From: Candidatus Binatia bacterium
GTDB lineage: Bacteria; Desulfobacterota; Binatia; Bin18
Length of the DNA: 64,000 nucleotides
Reading direction: 5' to 3'
NCBI GenBank assembly: GCA_963664395.2
Contig: OY761159.2
Span: forward strand, 1,472,001-1,536,000
Positions 30,410-39,980 of this stretch are shown piece by piece. The notes below the pieces were generated by a model. That model did no database searches, had not been told where the DNA came from, and saw nothing but the letters and a program-made list of their open reading frames with translations. Numbering within the stretch: the stretch's first letter is position 1; each line of letters opens with the position of its first letter. A program made the translations under genes and the position numbers.

Positions 30410-32812
30410 TTATGTCCCACACGTTTGGCTGGCAAAGTCCTGAATTTTGGTCTTGAGACTTGTATCGCCAAGCCGTTTCAGCATTTTTTGGGCGCTACTG
30501 ACTGTCTTACACGCTTGGGTAGAGTTGCCGAGGGTGTCATTGAGCCGGGCGACTTCAAACGTCCCGCGAAACCAGAGCGGATCACCGACTTGGGTCCCCT
30601 TGAGCATCGCCTCCCACAGGGAGAGTGCACGTTTTTTGTTTCCCCGTACTTCAGAGATCTGGGCTAACCCGACAGTGGATACAATCGAATAGGCGCCCTG
30701 CTTTTGATCAAGGTCTTTATAGATAACCTCAGCCTTGTCGTATTGCTTGGTATCGAGATAGAGCTGGGCCAAGTCATAGTGGAAGCGATCCGGAGACTGA
30801 TCCTCCGCAAATTGGCCATCGCTCTTGAGCCATTCTTCATGCAGACGTGTCAGCGTCCGCTTGGCAACCAGTTCGTTGTCTGTATCATCCTGGCGGTGGA
30901 GTTTACGGATATCTCTTTCCAGGACGCCGGACAGTCCGGCGAGGAGTTCTTTTTGTTTTTCGGGCTGATAGCGCTCAAAAATAGTATCCACGTCTTTTGC
31001 GAGATCAGCATAGCGGCCGATTTTCTGCAACGCGACCAGCCGGGTCCGGACAACTGTTTCAAACGCATCAGGTTGCTTCGGGTATTTCTCTTCAAAGCCT
31101 TCGAGGAAAGAGACGATCTGTTCGGCGTGCGCGTCCATATCGTGACTCAGGTAGACCGCGTGCATCACGCTAACCTTGCCCGGATATTCACGATAGGGGT
31201 TCCGATTCACCAGTTTGGGACTGCTCTTGGCCAACGTCGCGCTGTTCTTCCAGTAGGCGTCCAGACTTGTGCCAATCCGCGTGCGGATATCGTCTTCACT
31301 CAGCCCACTACTCGTATCTCCATCTTCAAGAGCATGCAGGACCTCGAAGTACGACTGGAGCGTGGCATAGTCGGCTCGCACCCGGAACGCCGGCGCACCT
31401 CTCACCTTTTTATAGGCATCGGCTGCTTTCAAGTAATCCTCTTTGCCTTGATGATATTCACCCAGCCGGAAGTGCGCTTCGTAGATGGACCGATGCCTGG
31501 GGTATTGCCGCGTAAAGTCATGAATCGCCTTCACATACAGCGCGCCGTTCCGCTCACTTTGATTACTTGCGTATAACGACTCAGCCGACTTGAACTGAAA
31601 GTATTCCGCGTCAGACGCATGTGTGGTCTTTGCTCCTCCGTTGCTGAGGAAGGCGTCTAATTTATCTATGGCTTGTCGATACCGACGTTGTTCATACAGC
31701 CCCACGCCCAGGTAGTATTGAGCGTCTGTCTGATACACGGCAGCGTTGGGATCGTTTGAGGCGAGGACTTCCTCAAGAAAAGGAACCGCTTTGGCAAAGC
31801 GTCGTTTCTGCATGTGCTCTTTGGCTTTCAACCATGGCGGAAATGGATTTTCCTGCTCGGCGATGACGAGTTCTTCTTCCCGCGTCAGCTCCGCCTGCGT
31901 CAACGCCTCGGCCCGGTCCTTCCACTTGCCGCCGGCCTGTCGGAGTTCAAGAATCAATGCCATGAGTTGACCGCGCAACTGGCGGCGATTCTTGCCGCTC
32001 GCCTTTCTACTCCTCTTCGCAATACTTTTTGCCTGCTGGAATTTTGCTTGCGCCAATTTTGTTGGAGAAGCCTGGGTTTTCCCACCGCTCTTGGCATATT
32101 GCCGAGTCTGCTCCAGGGCCTTCTGGGCCTTACGTTTCATATCCGCAGACAAGCCGGGCTGTTTGAGCAGCAGTTCAAAATCCCGCGTGGCCCAGTCAAA
32201 CTTCTCGAGTTCGCGCTCACTCAGCGCGCGGCCAAACAGACTCTCGTTCTTGAGCCGCGAGGCCTGATCGCCAACCGCGAATTCACCAAAGCCGTTCATG
32301 GCCTCAGTCAGCAGGGTGTTCTTTTTCTTGTCATCGAACGTGAACGAGCCGATATATTTCAGCCAGTTCAAGAAATATAAGGCCCGCGCCGCCACACCTT
32401 GTTCAGCGCGGTATTCCTGTGAGTCCTGCACGGCCTCCAGGTCGCCATCCCGCGCAATGACATCCTGCGTCAGTTGGTCAACGCGTTTGAAACTGCCGGT
32501 GTAGATATCGTTGAGCGGACTGTGGAGCGTCTCGTAGATAGCGCGGATGGCTTTTCTACCAGCCGGTGTTGTGACCGATTGGGCCAAATTGGGGAGAGCA
32601 ACAAACTCCAAGGCAACCGGGCCGAGGACTTGAATGGCCTGCAGCTTGGCCGGTACATCCCAGCTCCCCTTTTTGAGCGCATCGGCCTTGCTCCGGGCCT
32701 GCTTCGCCCGGGCGGAGAGGTCAGCGATAGAAGCCGCCTCGACCTCAGGTCTCAGCCAACCCAAGTTCACACTCAGAGAGATAATACCAATAATGGAAAC
32801 CAGACGCCGCAC
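30410..32812 (-). CDS. large exported TPR-repeat protein
   Basis: Signal peptide ending AEA-like; repeated helical TPR units (AQYYLG..Y, AHFRLGEYH, HYDLAQLY). Confidence 0.8.
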   Translation of the reverse strand: MRRLVSIIGIISLSVNLGWLRPEVEAASIADLSARAKQARSKADALKKGSWDVPAKLQAIQVLGPVALEFVALPNLAQSVTTPAGRKAIRAIYETLHSPLNDIYTGSFKRVDQLTQDVIARDGDLEAVQDSQEYRAEQGVAARALYFLNWLKYIGSFTFDDKKKNTLLTEAMNGFGEFAVGDQASRLKNESLFGRALSERELEKFDWATRDFELLLKQPGLSADMKRKAQKALEQTRQYAKSGGKTQASPTKLAQAKFQQAKSIAKRSRKASGKNRRQLRGQLMALILELRQAGGKWKDRAEALTQAELTREEELVIAEQENPFPPWLKAKEHMQKRRFAKAVPFLEEVLASNDPNAAVYQTDAQYYLGVGLYEQRRYRQAIDKLDAFLSNGGAKTTHASDAEYFQFKSAESLYASNQSERNGALYVKAIHDFTRQYPRHRSIYEAHFRLGEYHQGKEDYLKAADAYKKVRGAPAFRVRADYATLQSYFEVLHALEDGDTSSGLSEDDIRTRIGTSLDAYWKNSATLAKSSPKLVNRNPYREYPGKVSVMHAVYLSHDMDAHAEQIVSFLEGFEEKYPKQPDAFETVVRTRLVALQKIGRYADLAKDVDTIFERYQPEKQKELLAGLSGVLERDIRKLHRQDDTDNELVAKRTLTRLHEEWLKSDGQFAEDQSPDRFHYDLAQLYLDTKQYDKAEVIYKDLDQKQGAYSIVSTVGLAQISEVRGNKKRALSLWEAMLKGTQVGDPLWFRGTFEVARLNDTLGNSTQACKTVSSAQKMLKRLGDTSLKTKIQDFASQTCGT

Positions 32813-32861
32813 GCTTGTACTCCTTTTTAGCTTCGGCCATTCCGGCTAGGCTAGTGCGCTT

Positions 32862-34109
32862 CTACTCCAAGTCCCGCAAATACTTCGCCATCTCCACTTC
32901 CCAGCGCGAACCAAAAGTCATGATGATAATGTTCTTGGTCAGCGCCTTTTCCTCAGTCAGCGGAATAAAGTCACCGCCGCCGGCCCGTGCCACAGACGCC
33001 ATGGTATGCCGGAAGTCACGGTAGAAACTCGGCAGAGGCGTTGGCTTGAAGGCCACGTTCATAATTTTACCGGTCTGCTCCCAGAGCGCGTACTCAAAGT
33101 CCTCATGCATCTTATCAGCCAAGTCCATCACACTGACCACACCACCGCGCGATTGGAAACCTTGCACCAGGCCCAGCACGCTGCTCATGCTCTCCGGATG
33201 GGGCGGAGAGCCAGCGACCAGGATCACCACCCGACGTGAGCGTTTCCGCCAGCTCAGGTCGTTCATGGCAGCATCCATGCCTTCATACACCGCCTCCGGC
33301 CAATCGCCGCCGCCGTCGGAATGCAGATTGGACAAAAAGCCTTTGAGCTTTTGCGTAGAAAAGCTTAAATCGACCCATTTGGTGACATACTCTTCGCCCC
33401 TGTCACGATAGGCCACCACACCGATCCGTGAGGTTGGGACGAGCTTGCGCAGCAGCGTCACCAGCTTCGTCAAGCGGTCACGAACCGAATTGATGACAAA
33501 CTGCATGCTGTCTGTTGCATCGATCACCAGGGCGACATCCAGACCAACCTTACGCAGCCCCCGGCCATAGTCGCCAAAGCCACCCCCACCACCAAAATCT
33601 CCAGCTCCAACCAAACCGCTGAGTTGGGCGTCGATACCGGAAAAACTACTGTCAGCGCGCTGAACTTCAATCGTCACCGGTCCGACACCATCGAAGACGG
33701 GAATGTTCGCCCGTTGGATAGGAGCCTGGAGTGGTCCGGTTGACGCCGGACCCGTTGGGCGGGCTTTATTCGGCGCGAGGTCCTCCATGGTCAGGATGCC
33801 CGGAATATCCTCCAATGAGGGCTCACCTTCCCAATCGTCCGGCATCTCTTCCTCAGCCAGGGCATCCAGTTCTTCTTGCGTGAGCGGCAAGGCCGTGACC
33901 CGAACCATTTCCGGCTCTTTCATAATGGTCACAGCCGTGGTTGCAAAGATGGACAAAATGAGAATATGGGCTACAGTCGAGAAGGCAAACCACCGGGCGT
34001 TTCTGCCAAATCCGCCGCCTCGATACAGCCACAAATCCTCTTGGATTTTACGCTCGACTGAAGTGGCCTCAGATGTTTCGGATGTTTTTTTGTCTTCGGG
34101 TGAAGCCAT
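32862..34109 (-). CDS. single-TM VWA domain protein with TonB/TolA-like anchor
   Basis: TM FAFSTVAHILIL, acidic/Pro/Gly linker, LDVALVIDATDSM MIDAS-like motif, GGGDWPEA; AAGGAGG RBS. Confidence 0.85.
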   Translation of the reverse strand: MASPEDKKTSETSEATSVERKIQEDLWLYRGGGFGRNARWFAFSTVAHILILSIFATTAVTIMKEPEMVRVTALPLTQEELDALAEEEMPDDWEGEPSLEDIPGILTMEDLAPNKARPTGPASTGPLQAPIQRANIPVFDGVGPVTIEVQRADSSFSGIDAQLSGLVGAGDFGGGGGFGDYGRGLRKVGLDVALVIDATDSMQFVINSVRDRLTKLVTLLRKLVPTSRIGVVAYRDRGEEYVTKWVDLSFSTQKLKGFLSNLHSDGGGDWPEAVYEGMDAAMNDLSWRKRSRRVVILVAGSPPHPESMSSVLGLVQGFQSRGGVVSVMDLADKMHEDFEYALWEQTGKIMNVAFKPTPLPSFYRDFRHTMASVARAGGGDFIPLTEEKALTKNIIIMTFGSRWEVEMAKYLRDLE

Positions 34110-34152
34110 GGCCTCCCCTCCTTTAGCGATTACGACGGACCGCTTAACCAGC

Positions 34153-34572
34153 CTAACCGGCCTGTCTGGCAGCAATCGCGACCTGAGTTGCTCCAGCTCG
34201 TTGGGCGATGGAGAGAATTTTTACCGCCTCTCCTAAAATGACATCCTTATCACCTTCGAGCACAACCGGCACGTCCGGCTTGGCGGTGACTTGCTGCCGA
34301 ATGGCCACCTCAAGATCGGCCATAGTCACCGGTCTGGCGTTGACAAATATTTCCTTTTGGGGGGTCACCGTAATCACAATCTGACGTGGCTCCGAGTCGG
34401 TTTCTTGCACCTCGGGCAGGTTAATTTCCGCTCCGGATTGGACCATCGCCACACTGGTCACCATAAAGATGATGAGGAGCACTAAAAAGATATCGGTCAA
34501 GGGAGTGATATTGATCTCGGCCATAATATTAGACCCACTCCCACTCTTCTTTCGTGGACTAGCCATTCCCAT
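34153..34572 (-). CDS. ExbD/TolR family protein
   Basis: AEINITPLTDIFLVLLIIFMV motif. Confidence 0.93.
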   Translation of the reverse strand: MGMASPRKKSGSGSNIMAEINITPLTDIFLVLLIIFMVTSVAMVQSGAEINLPEVQETDSEPRQIVITVTPQKEIFVNARPVTMADLEVAIRQQVTAKPDVPVVLEGDKDVILGEAVKILSIAQRAGATQVAIAARQAG

Positions 34573-35203
34573 GAGCTTTCCTCCCCAGGCGGACGGCTTC
34601 GAGGACGCGGTCCGAGCTGATCGTCAGTGCCGCCTCGATCCGCTCAAGTTTGGTATGAAAGTAGTTGTAAAAAATTACAGCAATAATCGCAACCGCAAGA
34701 CCAAGAGCCGTCGCAACCAGCGCCTCGGAAATACCACCGGCAACGACGGCAAAACCACCGCTGCCCTCAACTGCCATGCTGGTGAAGGATTTGATAATCC
34801 CGATGACGGTACCGAGGAGCCCGATGAAAGGGGCACTCACACCCACTGTTCCCAGCACCCATATGCTGCCTTTGAGCGCCTCGATTTCCTCGAAGCGTCG
34901 GTCCTCAATGATTTCAGACAAGTATTCGAGCGATTCTCCCTCTTGTTGAGAAATGACATCGCGAAATATTCTGCCGGCCGGTTTATTCGTATGCTCCTCA
35001 GCCGAGGCAAAAGCCGCTCGAAAATCGCCCTTCTGTAATGCTCCAACCAGACCGCCGGCAACCTGTAGAGTACCCCCGATCAGCCCACGGAGGGCAACCA
35101 GCCGTTCAAAGATAATCGTGATGACAACCATAGACATCACGACCAGGGGATAGGTGATATACCACCCCTGCTGGATCATATCGAGAACACTTAAACCTTC
35201 CAT
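34559..35203 (-). CDS. MotA/TolQ/ExbB proton channel protein
   Basis: APFIGLLGTVIGII and GGISEALVATALGLAVAI motifs. Confidence 0.93.
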   Translation of the reverse strand: MEGLSVLDMIQQGWYITYPLVVMSMVVITIIFERLVALRGLIGGTLQVAGGLVGALQKGDFRAAFASAEEHTNKPAGRIFRDVISQQEGESLEYLSEIIEDRRFEEIEALKGSIWVLGTVGVSAPFIGLLGTVIGIIKSFTSMAVEGSGGFAVVAGGISEALVATALGLAVAIIAVIFYNYFHTKLERIEAALTISSDRVLEAVRLGRKAHGNG

Positions 35204-35847
35204 TCTGAACCCTCCTCTTGTGTGGGATGTCTCTGCATTTTTTCCCGTGTCTCTTCCCCTTCCGAAGAAGAGACGCCAAGTGGCCCATCGGCCTTCAGTC
35301 CCCGACCGTTCTGTCCGTTGATCTTGACCAGGAACTCCTCAAGCCAATTGATCTCTGCCTTAAAATGGGCCAATCCATGCGCAATAATCTGGGTTTGTGG
35401 GAGCGTCGCATTTTGCCCATTCCAGTAGGCCTGCTGCTCGGTGACCCAAGCCAGGCGCTTGCGGGCCCACTCGAGATGGCTCTGGAGTGCAGCCCGCAGT
35501 TCGGAGTCGTCAAGAAAGTGACCAAAGGCGAGCGCGGTATTCAAGGGATCAAATACTTTGTCCCGCTCTTCGGTGTCGAACAGCAATTGCCGTAACTGGG
35601 CCCGTAAATGGTCGTGGCCACCTGCTGTGATTTGGTAGACCTGCCGGGCCGGATAGCGCCCCTTTTGTTCTACTTTGGTCTTTTCTACATAGCCGGCCCG
35701 TTCAAGTTGTCCAAGGTTGTAGTAGAGCGAGCCACCACTCAGGTTGATGTACGAGGCGTACAGCCGGCGCTCGACTTCTTGCCGAATTTCATAGCCATGA
35801 AACGGCTTCTCAGATAACAACCCTAAAATGACGAGCTGGACACTCAT
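35191..35847 (-). CDS. PadR family transcriptional regulator
   Basis: ILGLLSEKPFHGYEI, GSLYYNL and RQVYQITAGG motifs. Confidence 0.9.
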   Translation of the reverse strand: MSVQLVILGLLSEKPFHGYEIRQEVERRLYASYINLSGGSLYYNLGQLERAGYVEKTKVEQKGRYPARQVYQITAGGHDHLRAQLRQLLFDTEERDKVFDPLNTALAFGHFLDDSELRAALQSHLEWARKRLAWVTEQQAYWNGQNATLPQTQIIAHGLAHFKAEINWLEEFLVKINGQNGRGLKADGPLGVSSSEGEETREKMQRHPTQEEGSEWKV

Positions 35848-35945
35848 GTTTACTTTCCGTAGATTAGTTTAATTAGACCAAATAAGATAGATTAGCATTC
35901 GGATCAAGGGCCTCCTCATCTTTTTCTTGGCCGCACTGTTCAGGG

Positions 35946-36638
35946 TCACTTAGCGTCAATAACGCCACGGCTCCTCAACAGATTGAGAATAATATCCAAG
36001 CTATGCTCTCGCAGGTTAATTTTGAGCTGATCGTATAGTGTAAAATTGGCCAAGCGAAGAAAGGGACGATTATGAACAAAGTCAATAATATTAATACAGC
36101 CGAAGTCCTGCTCGATATTAAAAACTCTTCCCCTCGTTATCCCTGTCGCATGGGCCAAAAAAGCGTTATTGACGCCCCCATGCGCAACGAGGAGAATGGT
36201 TTGCCAGTCGTCATTGTCTAAGAGGGTCTGTAGGAGTCGTCCAGCACGGGCATAGACCTGACGGAAACTCTCCCCGCCCAGGTACAATTCGTCCCAGTCA
36301 GAATCCGAATTCTTAAAAAACTCTTGAATCTCCTTGAATATGTCCGTCAGGCTCTTTTGCGCTAATACCGCATCACTCGGGATGATCTCGCGCAGCTCTG
36401 GCGCGACCTGAATGTCCAGCTCTTTTTCCTTGGCAATAATCTGGGCGGTTTCATACGCCCGCTCAAGCGGACTGGCGTAAATCGCATCAAGCGGCACCCC
36501 CCGAAAGAGCAGCGCGACCGCGGCGACCTGCTCTTGCCCGCGTTCGGTCAGTGCCCCATTCCCCAGCGCTCCTTCGTTGGCCACACGTTGATACAGGGTT
36601 TCCCCATGACGCATAAGGTAGATGCGACGCCCGTCCAT
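35946..36638 (-). CDS. histidine phosphatase family protein
   Basis: MRHGET, SPLERAYETA, GGES and VAHGG motifs. Confidence 0.9.
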   Translation of the reverse strand: MDGRRIYLMRHGETLYQRVANEGALGNGALTERGQEQVAAVALLFRGVPLDAIYASPLERAYETAQIIAKEKELDIQVAPELREIIPSDAVLAQKSLTDIFKEIQEFFKNSDSDWDELYLGGESFRQVYARAGRLLQTLLDNDDWQTILLVAHGGVNNAFLAHATGITRGRVFNIEQDFGCINIIDFVHNRPFLRLANFTLYDQLKINLREHSLDIILNLLRSRGVIDAK

Positions 36639-36653
36639 ACGTACTCTTTCTGT

Positions 36654-37469
36654 TTATTTCTTTGCAAATGGCTTGTCACGGTCGCGCAGGGCTTCTTTGA
36701 GCCCGCGTTCCATCATTTTCTTGACTTCGTTCTTCACTGTTTTGGTTTGATGGGCAATCACATCAAATTCTGTTGCCGACTGTTCAGCTGCATACAGGCC
36801 CATGACTTCAAAAAAGCGATTGGTCGCCGCCTTATGGAGCGTCAACAGGTCAACCGGAACAGCGGCGACGCGGCGGGCGTAACGCAGCACCTCATCCTCA
36901 AGCTGCTGTTTTGGGTAGACGTGGTTAATCAGACCATTTTCCAGCGCCTCAGCCGCGGTCATGGAATCTCCAGTGAACAGAAACTCCTTTGTCTTGCGCA
37001 TCCCCATCAGATAGGGCCACATCGCCAGCGAAGGGAGCACCCCAAGCGAACGTCCGGCAGGATGGCCGAATTGGGCATCGTCGGCCGCAAAGACCAGGTC
37101 ACAATGGCCGACAAACTCTGTCGCTCCGGCCAGACAATAGCCATGGACCTGGGCAATGGTCGGTTTGGGCAGGTTCCAGAGGCGCTGCCAGCGGGCGACG
37201 AGCTTGCGCAATCCCCAGCGGTCACTAGTGACGCTAAAGCCTCCACCCGGCCCTGAAACCGGCTGGAGATCATACCCCGCGCAGAAGGCCCGCCCGGCCC
37301 CACGAATAATCAGGACACTGGCATCATTGTCCGTTTCAAACTCGTCCAGGGCCGCATCCAATTCGGACAAGAGTTGGCGACTCATAGCGTTCAGCTTCTC
37401 TGGACGATTCAGCGTCACACGGAAAATCCGGTCTTCAACATTCTCGTATACAATGGCGTCATATCCCAT
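36654..37469 (-). CDS. enoyl-CoA hydratase/isomerase family protein
   Basis: TLNRPEKLNAM, GRAFCAGYDL and PKPTIAQVHGYCLAG motifs; AGGAGG RBS before ATG 37469. Confidence 0.92.
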   Translation of the reverse strand: MGYDAIVYENVEDRIFRVTLNRPEKLNAMSRQLLSELDAALDEFETDNDASVLIIRGAGRAFCAGYDLQPVSGPGGGFSVTSDRWGLRKLVARWQRLWNLPKPTIAQVHGYCLAGATEFVGHCDLVFAADDAQFGHPAGRSLGVLPSLAMWPYLMGMRKTKEFLFTGDSMTAAEALENGLINHVYPKQQLEDEVLRYARRVAAVPVDLLTLHKAATNRFFEVMGLYAAEQSATEFDVIAHQTKTVKNEVKKMMERGLKEALRDRDKPFAKK

Positions 37470-37574
37470 GCTGCACCCTCCTTTCCCTGCTGGCAGGGGT
37501 ATAAACGTTTGGCTTACCATAGGCGCCCACAAGTGCATAGGGACAAAATGCAACCCAGCAGTCCAGTATGAAAT

Positions 37575-37611
37575 TCCAGGAATAATCCAGGAATAATCCA
37601 GGAATAATCCA
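37575..37611. repeat. 11-bp tandem repeat TCCAGGAATAA x3.4
   Basis: Directly visible in the divergent intergenic region. Confidence 0.85.
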
Positions 37612-37705
37612 AGGATCATGCTTGTTCCGTATTCTTCTTCTGCGTACAGTTGCAGGGAAAGTGCGACAGAAAGTGCGATCTTTTGTTCCGAAGAAGGAGG
37701 GTCCA

Positions 37706-38785
37706 ATGTCGATGGATGTCACCGCGCTCCTCACCCTTGCCGTCCAATCAGGCGCTTCGGATGTCCACCTCAGCAGTGGAGCACCACCCATGATTCGGCT
37801 CGACGGTGCCATGAAGCGGCTTGATCATTCCCCGCTGTCCCAGGCTGAAGTCCATGCCCTCGTGTACGACATCATGGATGCTGGCCAGCAGAAAGTTTTT
37901 GAGGAAAGCCTCGAACTCGATTTCTCCTTTGACATGGGTGAGGTAGGGCGCTTTCGGGTGAATGTCTTTATGCAGCAACGCGGTGAAGGGGCGGTGTTGC
38001 GGACCATTCCCACCGAAATTGCATCGTTCCAAAAACTCGGGCTGCCGCAGCTTCTCAGCCACCTGTGTACGCGGGGAAAAGGGCTCATCCTGGTGACCGG
38101 TCCAACCGGCTGTGGAAAATCGACCACCCTCGCCGCTATGGTCGACCATCTCAACGAGACTTCCGAAGGCCACATCATCACGATTGAAGACCCGATTGAA
38201 TTCACTCACCAGTCCAAGAAATGCCTCGTCAATCAGCGTGAACTCGGGGTCCATACCCACTCGTTTGCCAATGCGTTGCGGGCGGTCTTACGCGAGGATC
38301 CCGACATTATTCTTGTTGGTGAAATGCGCGACCTGGAAACCATCCAGCTCGCTCTCACGGCGGCAGAAACCGGCCATCTCGTTCTTGGCAGCTTACACTC
38401 GCCCGGCGCAGCGCAAACCGTTGACCGGGTCATTGACGTATTTCCGGCCGCCCAACAAGCCCAGGTCCGGGCCCAGTTCGCCGATTCGATTGAAGCCATC
38501 ATCACTCAGACCTTATGTAAAAAGAAAGGCGGCGGGCGAGCCGCGGCTTTGGAAATCCTTGTAGGCACCCCAGCAGTCCGCAATCTGATCCGCGAGGGCA
38601 AGGTCCACCAAATCCCCTCAGCCATACAGGTTGGCCAAAAGGATGGGATGCAGACCATGGACATGGCGCTTATTGAACTTGCCACGCGCGGTCTCATTAC
38701 TCAGGAAGAAGCGCAGGCCAAGAGCATGACCCCGAACCTCTTTGGTCAGGCCGGCATGGCCGGCCGGGTCGCCCTGCGTCGATAA
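37706..38785 (+). CDS. pilT: type IV pilus retraction ATPase
   Basis: ASDVHL, GPTGCGKSTT, TIEDPIE, LREDPDIILVGEMRD, AETGHLV and AVRNLIRE motifs. Confidence 0.93.
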   Translation: MSMDVTALLTLAVQSGASDVHLSSGAPPMIRLDGAMKRLDHSPLSQAEVHALVYDIMDAGQQKVFEESLELDFSFDMGEVGRFRVNVFMQQRGEGAVLRTIPTEIASFQKLGLPQLLSHLCTRGKGLILVTGPTGCGKSTTLAAMVDHLNETSEGHIITIEDPIEFTHQSKKCLVNQRELGVHTHSFANALRAVLREDPDIILVGEMRDLETIQLALTAAETGHLVLGSLHSPGAAQTVDRVIDVFPAAQQAQVRAQFADSIEAIITQTLCKKKGGGRAAALEILVGTPAVRNLIREGKVHQIPSAIQVGQKDGMQTMDMALIELATRGLITQEEAQAKSMTPNLFGQAGMAGRVALRR

Positions 38786-38798
38786 ACGAGCCGGCTGG

Positions 38799-39011
38799 CT
38801 ATGCAGCGACCTCCACATAGGCTGATTTCGTGGATGGTCGAGGTACAGGCAGACCTTCCTGCTTGAGGCCATCGACGTGAAACTCAATCGCCTCCTTCAT
38901 GTTGGCCTCGGTCTCTTTCTCGGTCCGACCCGTGGACACGCAACCCGGCACATCCGGGGAGTACGCCGAGAAGCCGGTTTCGGTTTTCTCTACGACAATC
39001 AGATATTTCAT
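38799..39011 (-). CDS. hicB: HicB family antitoxin (short form)
   Basis: FSAYSPDVPGCVSTG...NMKEAIEFHVDGL...P.P. Confidence 0.88.
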   Translation of the reverse strand: MKYLIVVEKTETGFSAYSPDVPGCVSTGRTEKETEANMKEAIEFHVDGLKQEGLPVPRPSTKSAYVEVAA

Positions 39012-39055
39012 TTCTTCAGCTCCGCCTGTCTAAGAACGCTGTTGAGGGTGCCCAT
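39008..39055 (-). pseudogene. HicA toxin C-terminal remnant
   Basis: MGTLNSVLRQAELKK* matches the HicA C-terminal GTLxSILKQAGL pattern. Its stop overlaps the hicB start (ATGA), and the N-terminal GSH part is absent. Confidence 0.7.
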
Positions 39056-39103
39056 CGTGAACGAGCTTCGTCCGTTCTCTCTTACTCGTTCCTTGTCTCC
39101 GCG

Positions 39104-39153
39104 AGCTAACGATCAAGCTCAGCCGCCGCGGCGGCTGAAGCGCATTGTTGGGC
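39104..39153 (-). mobile_element. integron attC-like recombination site (50 bp)
   Basis: Minus strand GCCCAAC-AATGC-GCTTCAGC-CGCCGCGGCG-GCTGAGC-TTGATC-GTTAGCT, i.e. R''(7)-5-L''(8)-centre-L'(7)-6-R'(7). Confidence 0.72.
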
Positions 39154-39267
39154 GATACGGCACTTGTCGTAAACAAACTCAGGATCAAGGTCGGCACCAC
39201 ACTCCCATGCAATTGCGTCAAAAGAGACATGGACAGTTTTGAAGATGCTTGGGTCCTGTTTCAGGCC
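39106..39267 (-). pseudogene. DUF2442-like protein C-terminal remnant
   Basis: No start codon; GLKQDPSIFKTVHVSFDAIAWECGADLDPEFVY...* resembles the DUF2442 W.NGAD.DPE.LY pattern. Confidence 0.65.
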
Positions 39268-39269
39268 AG

Positions 39270-39962
39270 TCAGCCCTTGGACGCTTGCAGCACTGCCTGA
39301 GCGAGGGCCAGGTCGTCTGGTGTCGTGATCTTAAAATTGAGCGCGTCGCCGGGAACGATGCGGACGGGCCGGCCCATTTGCTCAACCAGGGTCGCATCGT
39401 CCGTTCCAACAATGCCGTGTTGCTTTGCCCACTGGTGGGCTGCTCGGATCACTCCGACCTGGAATGTCTGTGGTGTTTGCGCCAGCCACAAATCATGCCG
39501 GGAGACTGTCTCACGGATCGTGTGCTGCGCGTCGGCGCGCTTAATGGTGTCGCGGACCGGGGTCGCCACAACTGCGCTGCCCGTTTCGGCAGCCGCGTCA
39601 ATACTGCGTTGAATTGCCTCAACGCTGATGAACGGCCGGGCCGCGTCATGAATCACCACGATCTCACACTGCGTCTCAAGCGTAGCCAAACCGTTCCGGA
39701 CCGAATCCTGCCGTTCCGCCCCCCCGTGGATAACGGTAATCGGCTGTGGCCAGGGGCCGTGCGTGTGGAGCAGCTCTCGGCAGAGGGCCTCGCGCTCGGC
39801 AGCAACCACCACAACTATGCGCCGGACCATCTCAATGGGGGTAAAACGCCGTAAGGTATGCACGAGAATCGGTCTACCCGCAACCGAGAGAAAGGGTTTG
39901 GGCAGCTCGCTTTGCAGCCGCGTGCCTTTTCCCGCGGCAACAATGACGACATTGACGTGCAT
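39270..39962 (-). CDS. ispD: 2-C-methyl-D-erythritol 4-phosphate cytidylyltransferase
   Basis: AAGKGTR..PKPF, GGAERQDSV, IHDAARP, AQTPQTF, TDDA and NFKITTPDDL motifs. Confidence 0.95.
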   Translation of the reverse strand: MHVNVVIVAAGKGTRLQSELPKPFLSVAGRPILVHTLRRFTPIEMVRRIVVVVAAEREALCRELLHTHGPWPQPITVIHGGAERQDSVRNGLATLETQCEIVVIHDAARPFISVEAIQRSIDAAAETGSAVVATPVRDTIKRADAQHTIRETVSRHDLWLAQTPQTFQVGVIRAAHQWAKQHGIVGTDDATLVEQMGRPVRIVPGDALNFKITTPDDLALAQAVLQASKG

Positions 39963-39980
39963 ATCAAGCCCGCTCCCGGC

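Noticed and set aside
37575-37611. Short direct repeats (also 12017, 40897, 49441) as a possible CRISPR array
   Set aside because: Units are 10-18 bp and contiguous, with no spacers and no cas genes.
39030-39230. 66-aa ORF containing PNNALQP
   Set aside because: The peptide is the translation of the attC-like site; the meaningful remnants are in other frames.
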